A stretch of DNA of 64,000 bases from an archaeon GW2011_AR20 (GTDB lineage Archaea > Nanobdellota > Nanobdellia > SCGC-AAA011-G17 > GW2011-AR20): assembly GCA_000830315.1 (NCBI GenBank), contig CP010426.1, forward strand, positions 135,156 to 199,155, read 5' to 3'. This document shows, one piece after another, positions 56,650 to 64,000 of the stretch. The notes under the pieces are model-generated. The model saw nothing but the letters and a program-made list of their open reading frames with translations, ran no database searches and was not told where the DNA came from. Numbering within the stretch: position 1 is the first letter of the stretch; every line of letters begins with the position of its first letter. The translations under genes and the position numbers were made by a program.

Positions 56650-58998
56650 TTGTCAGCTATAAAAATGTTTCGAAAGAATAACTTTTTATATACATTAATA
56701 CACTTTTCAAATATGGCTTTGCAAAAAAAAGAAAGATCTTATGAGGTTATCAGGGAAGGCCAGGATACAATATTAAGGATAAACTCTAGTTCTTGGAGTT
56801 ATTCCCCGAGCATTGAAAACAATCCCTTGATAATGGCACGTGTAATTGATTTGCTCGTCGAAAATCCAAACATTACGAGAATCATTTTTACCCAAAGGAG
56901 GAATTATATTTACAATTATGACCAGACACAGATGCTGGTTGAAATAGCAAACGTTTATAATCACTTATCTAAGCAAAAGAATTTTCTTACCCTTGGTTTG
57001 ATTAACAAGGGCATGATGTTTGAAAGATTATATGAAGGCTGGAGAGTTGTACTACAAAACATTATCATTAATCTGCTGAGACAGGATCCGATAGGGGCTT
57101 ATGTAGAGGTCATAAGATTAATAAGAGAAGAAAAGATAAATCTTGAAAAAACAGATAATTTGGAAGAATCTCAAGTTAGAACAGGTTATATTGATTTATT
57201 AAATAATATCAGAAGATTGCTGGAAGAAACAAGGCTAATATCATTGGCCAAGCCGCATACTGCAGGATATTCTGTCGGACAAACTCGAGATACTTACAGA
57301 TTATTTTTCCGCCCAGAAATCACCCCGGATTTTATGTTTACAAGACTAATGGCAGAACCTCCCTTAGAAGCCGAAGAATTAGATATTTACAAATTAGACA
57401 AAGATACAGAAGTTAATATCTTCAAAATTCCTGGCGATATTAAATATTTATATCACTTAACGCCCCCTGAATTCAAGCTGGACGAAGATAAGTATGAATT
57501 ATTAGACTTAGCAAGACGGGCATTAATTGAACACAAACCAACAAAGGAAGAATTTACAGATCCTGAAAAGATGAGACAGACCTTCTTCAATATAGGAAGG
57601 GATTTGCTGCAGGAACTGGCGCAGCATAAAGGATTGCAAATAAGCTTAAAAGAAGCCGAGGATTTAGCAAATATTTTGGTAAGGTATACTGTTGGTTTTG
57701 GTTTAATTGAAGTTTTATTACAGGACCCAAAAATTCAGGATGTTTCAATTAATGGTCCGATAGGAGAAACCCCGATTTTCGTCGTACATCAGGAATATGA
57801 CGAATGTACGACAAACATAATTCCAAGTTTAGAAGATGGAGAAAGCTGGGCTTCTAAATTTAGGTTATTGTCAGGAAGACCTTTAGATGAAGCGAACCCT
57901 GTTTTAGATACAGAATTATTATTAAAAAATGCGAGGGCGAGAGTTGCAGTAATTTCAAAACCATTGAATCCGCATGGATTGGCATTTGCATTTAGAAGGC
58001 ACAGGGATGATCCCTGGACCTATCCATTATTCATAAAAAATAAAATGATGAGTCCTTTGGCAGCTGGTTTGTTAAGTTTTTTGGTTGATGGCGCAAGAAC
58101 AATTTTATTTTCTGGAACGAGAAGTTCTGGTAAGACAAGCTTGCTTGGAAGCACATTAGTTGAGATAATGAGAAAGTACCGCGTATTGGTTGTTGAAGAT
58201 ACTCAGGAACTTCCAGTAGATGCGCTAAGAAAGCTTGGTTATAATGTCCAGGCAATGAAAGTCAGAAGTGCTTTAATGCATGCAAGTTCTGAATTAGGGG
58301 CAGATGAAGGAATAAGAACCAGTTTAAGGCTGGGGGATAGCAGTTTAATTGTCGGGGAAATTAGAAGCATTGAGGCTCAGGCATTATATGAAGCAATGAG
58401 AATTGGGGCGTTAGCAAATGTTGTTGCCGGAACAATTCACGGAGCAGATCCTTATTCTGTATATGACAGGGTTGTTAATGATTTAAAGGTCCCAAAGACA
58501 AGCTTCAAAGCTACGGATATTATAGTTATTAGCAATCCTGTAAGAAGCGCAGATGGTTTGCATAGATTCAGAAGAGTTTTGCAGATTACAGAAGTCAGAA
58601 AACACTGGGAAGATGACCCGTTAAGAGAAAATGGATTTGTTGATTTGATGACCTACGATACAAAAGAAGATACCTTAAAACCAAGCCAGGATTTGATAAA
58701 CGGTGATTCAGAAATTTTAAAATCAATCGCTGGAAATATACGAGAGTTCGTTGGAAACTGGGATGCGGTTTGGGATAATATTTTATTAAGGGCAAGAATA
58801 AAAGAAACCTTGGTAAAATATGCATTAAAAACTAAATTTGACTGGCTGCTCGAATCAAAATTCACGGTTCAAAGCAACGATATTTTCCATCAGATAAGCG
58901 ATCAGGTTAAAGAAGAAGTAGGATATATTGATAGTAAGAGGGTTTTTTTCCAATGGGACGAGTGGATTAAAAGAGCCATAAAACAGAGGCAATTATAA
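56650..58998 (+). CDS. Type II/IV secretion-family ATPase (FlaI/PilB/VirB11 superfamily), long form
   Basis: 782 aa; Walker A 'GTRSSGKTSLLGS', Walker B 'VLVVEDTQELP', downstream 'GEIRS' and His-box region. Confidence 0.75.
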   Translation: MSAIKMFRKNNFLYTLIHFSNMALQKKERSYEVIREGQDTILRINSSSWSYSPSIENNPLIMARVIDLLVENPNITRIIFTQRRNYIYNYDQTQMLVEIANVYNHLSKQKNFLTLGLINKGMMFERLYEGWRVVLQNIIINLLRQDPIGAYVEVIRLIREEKINLEKTDNLEESQVRTGYIDLLNNIRRLLEETRLISLAKPHTAGYSVGQTRDTYRLFFRPEITPDFMFTRLMAEPPLEAEELDIYKLDKDTEVNIFKIPGDIKYLYHLTPPEFKLDEDKYELLDLARRALIEHKPTKEEFTDPEKMRQTFFNIGRDLLQELAQHKGLQISLKEAEDLANILVRYTVGFGLIEVLLQDPKIQDVSINGPIGETPIFVVHQEYDECTTNIIPSLEDGESWASKFRLLSGRPLDEANPVLDTELLLKNARARVAVISKPLNPHGLAFAFRRHRDDPWTYPLFIKNKMMSPLAAGLLSFLVDGARTILFSGTRSSGKTSLLGSTLVEIMRKYRVLVVEDTQELPVDALRKLGYNVQAMKVRSALMHASSELGADEGIRTSLRLGDSSLIVGEIRSIEAQALYEAMRIGALANVVAGTIHGADPYSVYDRVVNDLKVPKTSFKATDIIVISNPVRSADGLHRFRRVLQITEVRKHWEDDPLRENGFVDLMTYDTKEDTLKPSQDLINGDSEILKSIAGNIREFVGNWDAVWDNILLRARIKETLVKYALKTKFDWLLESKFTVQSNDIFHQISDQVKEEVGYIDSKRVFFQWDEWIKRAIKQRQL

Positions 58999-59012
58999 AA
59001 AAAGAGGATATT

Positions 59013-61196
59013 ATGGATGATGAGATTAAGAAGATATTAGATAAATATCAGTCTAAAATCAAAGAAAATATTGAAACTTCTGATGAGTATGAGCCAAATG
59101 AAGGATTTTCTCGTGAGTATAAAATATTTCGTGAAGAAGCTTTAAGTGCTGGATTAACAAACTATGAGAAGTTCTGCCAGTCTATCGGTAAAAAAATACA
59201 AATAAAGCCGAAAGAGGATGATTACAAAAAACTAGAAGATTCAATTAATGCAATACATCTAGAAATTCAGCCGGAACAGGCAGCTGGTCTTGCTGTTTTT
59301 GTTGCTTTAATGTTGATTATTTTAAGTTTAGGTTTGGCCGGAATATTATATTATCTTTCTGGTGATATTACAAGTGCATTATTACTGCCGATGTTCTTAA
59401 TCCTGATTTCTGTTTTATTTATTAAGCCAATAACAAATATCCCTAATTATCTCGCTGCAAAATGGCGTCTTAGGGCAACAAACCAGATGGTTCTCTGTAT
59501 TTTGTACATTGTAATGTATATGCGTCACACTTCTAATTTAGAGCATGCAATTAAATTTGCCTCGGACCATATAGGAAACCCGTTGGCCTTGGATTTAAGA
59601 AAAGTTTTTTGGGACATTGAAACAGGAAAATGCTCCAACATCAAAGAAAGTTTGAATGCTTATTTGTTAAAATGGCGCTCTTACAATCTTGAATTTGTTG
59701 AATCATTTCACTTAATCCAGGGCAGCTTGCTTGAATCAAGCGAAGATAGAAGAGTAACTTTACTTGAAAAAGCCTTGGAAGTCATATTAAACGGAACTTA
59801 TGAGAAAATGCTGCATTATGCACAGGAACTAAAAAATCCAATAACAATGCTGCATATGCTTGGTGTAATTCTGCCGATTTTGGGACTTGTTATATTACCT
59901 TTATTTGGCAGCCTAGTGCAGGGTGCTGGTTCAAGTAAAATTCTTTTTTTATTTTTAATTTATAATCTGGCTTTGCCAATACTCGTTTATTTTATTGGGG
60001 TAAATATATTGAGTAAAAGACCGACAGGTTATTCTGAATCTGATTTAATTGAGCAAAATCCGGAGTTAGCTAAATACAAAAATATTTTAATCAGGCTTGG
60101 AAATTCTGAGTTACAGATGAGTCCATTCTGGATTAGTTTCTTTATTTTTATAATAATAAGTTCAATTAGTTTAGTACCAATATTATTCTTGATTTTTAAT
60201 GTTCCAGATACTGAATTTTTCGGGTTAAGTTTTATGGATTATAAATTAGAAAACGGATTAGCATGCACATCAGGAAGCATATGTTACGGTCCGTTTGGGG
60301 TCGGAGCAGTCTTATTAAGTTTATTTTTGCCTTTGGGAGTTGCCCTTGGCCTTGGCACTTATTATAAATTAAGGACAAGAAAATTAATTAAAATCAGGAA
60401 TGAAACAAAAAAACTTGAATTGGAGTTTGCAGGCAGTCTATTTCAGTTAGGAAACAGGATAGGAGACGGAATTCCTGTAGAAGCGAGCTTTGGGGAGGTT
60501 GCTAAAAATATGGAGGGAACCCCAACAGGAGATTTCTTCAGAAAAGTTGCAGTAAACATACAAAAACTCGGCATGAGTGTCAGAGAAGCTATTTTCAACA
60601 AAGATAACGGGGCAATATGGTATTATCCCAGCAGTTTAATTGAAAGCAGCATGAAAGTTTTATTGCAGAGTGCGAAAAAAGGTCCATTAGTTGTTTCAAA
60701 AGCATTAGTAAGCATTTCGCTTTATATTGACAGGATTCACCAAGTAAATGAAAGATTAAAGGATTTATTAAGCGAGATAATTTCAAGTATGAAGTCTCAG
60801 ATTAGTTTTCTTACCCCAGTTATAGCGGGGATAGTTATTGGAATAGCCACAATGATAGTAACAATATTGGGGAAATTAAGCACTCAATTAACGCAAACAT
60901 CCCAGGCACAGGCTGGAGAGACAGGATTCGGGGGCATCGGGGCAGTCGCCGGCTTGTTTGAAATAAAAAATATAATTCCCGGTTATTATTTACAATTGAT
61001 TGTTGGAATGTATCTGGTTGAAATTGTCTTGGTTTTGACGATACTTGCAAATGGGATAGAGAATGGCGCTGATTCATTGAATGAAAAATATGAGCTAGGA
61101 AAGAATTTATATAAAAGTATAATTTTATATACAATCGTAGCATCATTCATAACAATAATATTCACATTGCTTGCGATAAATATATCCTTAACTTAA
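59013..61196 (+). CDS. FlaJ/TadC/GspF-like polytopic platform membrane protein
   Basis: 727 aa; two T2SS-F-like repeats with 9+ TM; immediately downstream of the ATPase. Confidence 0.65.
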   Translation: MDDEIKKILDKYQSKIKENIETSDEYEPNEGFSREYKIFREEALSAGLTNYEKFCQSIGKKIQIKPKEDDYKKLEDSINAIHLEIQPEQAAGLAVFVALMLIILSLGLAGILYYLSGDITSALLLPMFLILISVLFIKPITNIPNYLAAKWRLRATNQMVLCILYIVMYMRHTSNLEHAIKFASDHIGNPLALDLRKVFWDIETGKCSNIKESLNAYLLKWRSYNLEFVESFHLIQGSLLESSEDRRVTLLEKALEVILNGTYEKMLHYAQELKNPITMLHMLGVILPILGLVILPLFGSLVQGAGSSKILFLFLIYNLALPILVYFIGVNILSKRPTGYSESDLIEQNPELAKYKNILIRLGNSELQMSPFWISFFIFIIISSISLVPILFLIFNVPDTEFFGLSFMDYKLENGLACTSGSICYGPFGVGAVLLSLFLPLGVALGLGTYYKLRTRKLIKIRNETKKLELEFAGSLFQLGNRIGDGIPVEASFGEVAKNMEGTPTGDFFRKVAVNIQKLGMSVREAIFNKDNGAIWYYPSSLIESSMKVLLQSAKKGPLVVSKALVSISLYIDRIHQVNERLKDLLSEIISSMKSQISFLTPVIAGIVIGIATMIVTILGKLSTQLTQTSQAQAGETGFGGIGAVAGLFEIKNIIPGYYLQLIVGMYLVEIVLVLTILANGIENGADSLNEKYELGKNLYKSIILYTIVASFITIIFTLLAINISLT

Positions 61197-61197
61197 A

Positions 61198-61305
61198 ATG
61201 AACAAAAGAGCTGATTTAAAAACAATTGTAATCATCATCTTTCTATTATTATTTATCCTTATGGTGTATTTGGCTGTGACAGGGGTTTTAAAAAATGTTG
61301 GATAA
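61198..61305 (+). CDS. Small pilin-like protein (35 aa), class III signal peptide
   Basis: Hand translation: MNKRADLKTIVIIIFLLLFILMVYLAVTGVLKNVG*. Confidence 0.4.
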   Translation: MNKRADLKTIVIIIFLLLFILMVYLAVTGVLKNVG

Positions 61306-62173
61306 AAAGGCGGTTAGTTTTGAAACAATAGGAAAATGGATTGTAGCTTTAATAATAATAGGACTGCTCTGGGTCTTAGTAATTAATTTGGGAGATTTTT
61401 TATACGGAACAGGAAATAAAGCAGCTTGCGAAAACTGGGTCGCTAGGAATAGTGTGAGTTACATAAAAGAAGTTACCGGGAATATCGGAGAATCTCCGTG
61501 TGTTACAACAGAAGAGGTAATTAAAGATTTGAATGAAAATAAGATTTATGAACAATTAGCGAATAATATGTATGATTGCTGGGACCAGTATGGAAGAGGC
61601 GAAGCAGATTTTTATTCTAATTTCGATTTTGGCAGTGCAGATACATACTGTAGAATCTGCAGCGAGATAAAATTTGATGATGATGTTAAAAAAAGAACAA
61701 AGGCAATTGATGTAGACAAATTTGAAATTTATTTAAGCACCCGCAATCCGCCGAATAATGAATTGACATATGCTGAATTTCTTACTGGTTCAGATAATGC
61801 CAAACTTGATTTTGGAACAACCCCCATCAACATAGAATCGGGAAGTCTTTATACAACATTCTTGGTTTACAAACATTCTTCATCTGTCCTAGAACCTGAA
61901 ACCGGAGCGACGACACTTGGATTTACACTTGGTGCATGCTATGTTGGTGCACAAATTGGTGCTGTTGTTGGAACTGTGTTTGCTCCAATTACAGGAACAA
62001 CCGGGTGTGCGATTGGAATGATGAGTGTACTTTTTACCAAAGCCACCTCTATAGGGGATTCTCTATATCCGTCAATCGTTATGTTCAGAAGTGATTCTAA
62101 TAATATCGCAAAGGCATGCGATTATGTTTATTATAATCCGGAAGAGAAACCTTTCGAATTCATTAAAAAATAA
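61295..62173 (+). CDS. Pilin-like/pilus-associated protein with N-terminal class-III-like TM
   Basis: 292 aa; 'KKAVSFETIGKWIVALIIIGLLWVLV' N-terminus, paralogous to the 62351 gene N-terminus. Confidence 0.4.
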   Translation: MLDKKAVSFETIGKWIVALIIIGLLWVLVINLGDFLYGTGNKAACENWVARNSVSYIKEVTGNIGESPCVTTEEVIKDLNENKIYEQLANNMYDCWDQYGRGEADFYSNFDFGSADTYCRICSEIKFDDDVKKRTKAIDVDKFEIYLSTRNPPNNELTYAEFLTGSDNAKLDFGTTPINIESGSLYTTFLVYKHSSSVLEPETGATTLGFTLGACYVGAQIGAVVGTVFAPITGTTGCAIGMMSVLFTKATSIGDSLYPSIVMFRSDSNNIAKACDYVYYNPEEKPFEFIKK

Positions 62174-62205
62174 AGATTTAAATATTAACTTAATCGAGTA
62201 GTTTT

Positions 62206-62358
62206 ATGTTCAAAAGAGGGGAACTGGGTTGGGAAGAAATAGCAAAGATAATTATTGTTCTGGTTTTCTTAATTATCGTCATTGCAATAGTCTATTTATT
62301 CAAGGATAAGACAGGTTCATTGTTAGAAAGCATAAAAAACATTTTGAGGTTTGGTTGA
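62206..62358 (+). CDS. Small pilin-like protein (50 aa)
   Basis: Hand translation: MFKRGELGWEEIAKIIIVLVFLIIVIAIVYLFKDKTGSLLESIKNILRFG*. Confidence 0.4.
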   Translation: MFKRGELGWEEIAKIIIVLVFLIIVIAIVYLFKDKTGSLLESIKNILRFG

Positions 62359-62956
62359 TTTGAATAAAAAAGCATCATTTTTCGAAACACTTCCAAGAAT
62401 ACTGCTTATTCTAGTCGTAGTTTTGCTAATATTAATCGGTGGGGGAAGTTTACTTTGGAATGCTGGCAAATCTCTTTTAAGTAGTTTTGGTTTGATCAAT
62501 ATAAGCGAAACAGATTATTCGCGGTTAAATCAAGAGGCAAGAACAAATTTTGATACATTAATATCTGATATAAAAAATTGTAAGAATTCTATAGATGATA
62601 ATTGCTTATGCTATACCTCCCTATCTAGTTTTTACGAAACCCATGAAATTGAAATAAACAACCAGGAAATAAAGTTGCTCGATGTGAAAGAAGGTAATGA
62701 AATAACAATGGCAAAAGAAACAATAGAGAACCTTAACTGCTATTATACAGATTCAATCAACGTAGAAAATTCATTTAAAATAAGCTTTGATGAGAATTTA
62801 CCAAGAATAGGCAAATCAGCAATCGGGGTAGATTTCCTTTCTCAGGATATTAACTTTTTCAAAAATCCGGCGCTTTACAAAAATAATAGAATATGCCTAA
62901 CTTCAACAAGTTTTGATTTAACAAAGGGTTATAAGGCTTGTACTTTAAAGCAATAG
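62351..62956 (+). CDS. Pilin-like/pilus-associated protein
   Basis: 201 aa; 'NKKASFFETLPRILLILVVVLLILIGGG'; TTG start in ORF track, real start uncertain. Confidence 0.35.
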   Translation: MVDLNKKASFFETLPRILLILVVVLLILIGGGSLLWNAGKSLLSSFGLINISETDYSRLNQEARTNFDTLISDIKNCKNSIDDNCLCYTSLSSFYETHEIEINNQEIKLLDVKEGNEITMAKETIENLNCYYTDSINVENSFKISFDENLPRIGKSAIGVDFLSQDINFFKNPALYKNNRICLTSTSFDLTKGYKACTLKQ

Positions 62957-63005
62957 AAAAGCTTATATAATAAAATATTTAAACTTAAACAAAGAGGTAA
63001 TATAT

Positions 63006-63416
63006 ATGAAATTAAATAAAAGGGGTGCAGAACTTTCTATCAATGTTATTATCATAGCTATTTTAGTTATCTTGGTTTTGGTTATTGTAGCTGCATTTTT
63101 CACAGGTGGTTCATCTAAACTATTTGGCACTGTAAGAGAGATATTTACGAAAAGCACGGCCGGAACAGACAGGGGATTAGCAGAACAGTTTTGTCAGCAA
63201 TATTGCGATCAAGCCCAAGATTTGCAAAATCCGAGAAATTCAGCATACTGTAATACATTCTTTAAAATAGATGCTAATGGTGACGGAGAAGCTGATTTCA
63301 CTTTGGAAGGTGATACAAGGGTTTACAAGAAATATTACTGCAGTCCAGGTTCACCATTTGGAGAAAGTTTAAGTATTGGATGTAATGATAAACAGGGACA
63401 GCAGATTATTTGTTAA
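63006..63416 (+). CDS. Archaeal type IV pilin (class III signal peptide)
   Basis: 136 aa; 'MKLNKRGAELSINVIIIAILVILVLVIVAAFF' K-R-G then hydrophobic stretch. Confidence 0.55.
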   Translation: MKLNKRGAELSINVIIIAILVILVLVIVAAFFTGGSSKLFGTVREIFTKSTAGTDRGLAEQFCQQYCDQAQDLQNPRNSAYCNTFFKIDANGDGEADFTLEGDTRVYKKYYCSPGSPFGESLSIGCNDKQGQQIIC

Positions 63417-63610
63417 TTTCTTTTAAAATGAATAAGAAGGGTATGGAGCTTGGAATTCAAACAATTATAATTTTGATACTTGCAATTATCATTCTTGTTG
63501 TTCTTATCATTGCGTTTAGGTCACAAATTTCAAGTTTGTTTAGCAGCTTCTCAAATTTAATTTCAGGAGCGAATACAAGTGTTAGTAATTTACCAGGTAT
63601 AGGAAGATGA
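63410..63610 (+). CDS. Archaeal type IV pilin, small
   Basis: 66 aa; 'MNKKGMELGIQTIIILILAIIILVVLIIAF'. Confidence 0.5.
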   Translation: MLISFKMNKKGMELGIQTIIILILAIIILVVLIIAFRSQISSLFSSFSNLISGANTSVSNLPGIGR

Positions 63611-64000
63611 ATAATAGAGCAATAGAAACAACTCCGGTTAATGTTATTATAGGAATTTTGATTGCGGTTGTTCTTTCTTTGATATTAATCTCTTTAATTC
63701 CGAAATTATTCTCGGGCGAAGGACCGAAAGATGAGGAGAGCAGTTACTTTTATTTTACAAAGCTGGCGGATGATTTAACCAAGATGGGAATAGGCGATAA
63801 GAAAAATTCAACTTTTTTGATGAATAAGGATTTGGCACTAATCTCATTCAGAAGCAGTGTGCAGACTATAAAAAACAGCGAAGTTTCTTCATGTATTGAG
63901 TACAATCTGCAGGATGATATCGACAAACCGGTAAAATGCAGGGATAAGAACTGCTTATGCCTCTGTGAGACAGATTTTACAATAGGTATAAACAGCCGGG
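63607..64000 (+). CDS. Pilin-like protein, 3' truncated by window end
   Basis: 'MNNRAIETTPVNVIIGILIAVVLSLILISL...' continues to the window edge. Confidence 0.4.
   Translation, partial: MNNRAIETTPVNVIIGILIAVVLSLILISLIPKLFSGEGPKDEESSYFYFTKLADDLTKMGIGDKKNSTFLMNKDLALISFRSSVQTIKNSEVSSCIEYNLQDDIDKPVKCRDKNCLCLCETDFTIGINSR

Overview
Low-GC (about 30%) archaeal chromosome segment. Archaeal markers seen: TFB, Alba, Sm-like protein, ribosomal proteins S17e/L37e/S8e/S3Ae/S15, EndA, archaeal-type TyrRS, class-III-signal pilins. The combination of tiny genes, a giant surface protein and type IV pili suggests a DPANN-type archaeon (inference). Layout: (1) 0-10.4 kb is housekeeping (HIT, tRNA-Met, Kef antiporter, Alba, S17e, Trm-like MTase, EndA, RNase Z, TFB, Na/Ca exchanger), with a small NTase/HEPN cassette inserted in the 3' end of rnz and flanked by a 56-bp duplication. 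(2) About 10.5-28.5 kb looks like an integrated defence island next to an intron-containing tRNA. It carries a tyrosine integrase, an RHH protein, RadC, a complete Type I R-M operon with two tandem HsdM paralogs plus HsdS and HsdR, a DUF262-HNH (GmrSD-like) enzyme, a Csa3-like/Cas4-like pair with no CRISPR array, and a Fic gene flanked by about 100-bp direct repeats. The most novel-looking part is a compact three-gene operon at 12651-14403: an unknown 292-aa protein, a TIR-like protein and a small 3-TM protein. (3) 28.5-53 kb holds r-proteins, a 2165-aa secreted giant protein with a lytic-transglycosylase (SLT) domain co-transcribed with a wHTH-TM protein, a secreted EEP nuclease, three tRNAs (one with a probable D-loop intron), SOD, TyrRS, an agmatinase-like protein, ThpR, and split Hef helicase/nuclease genes. 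(4) 53-64 kb is a type IV pilus-like locus: a long FlaI/VirB11-type ATPase, a FlaJ/TadC-like platform protein, three paralogous membrane proteins and at least seven small pilin-like genes. No CRISPR array, rRNA or canonical IS element was seen.
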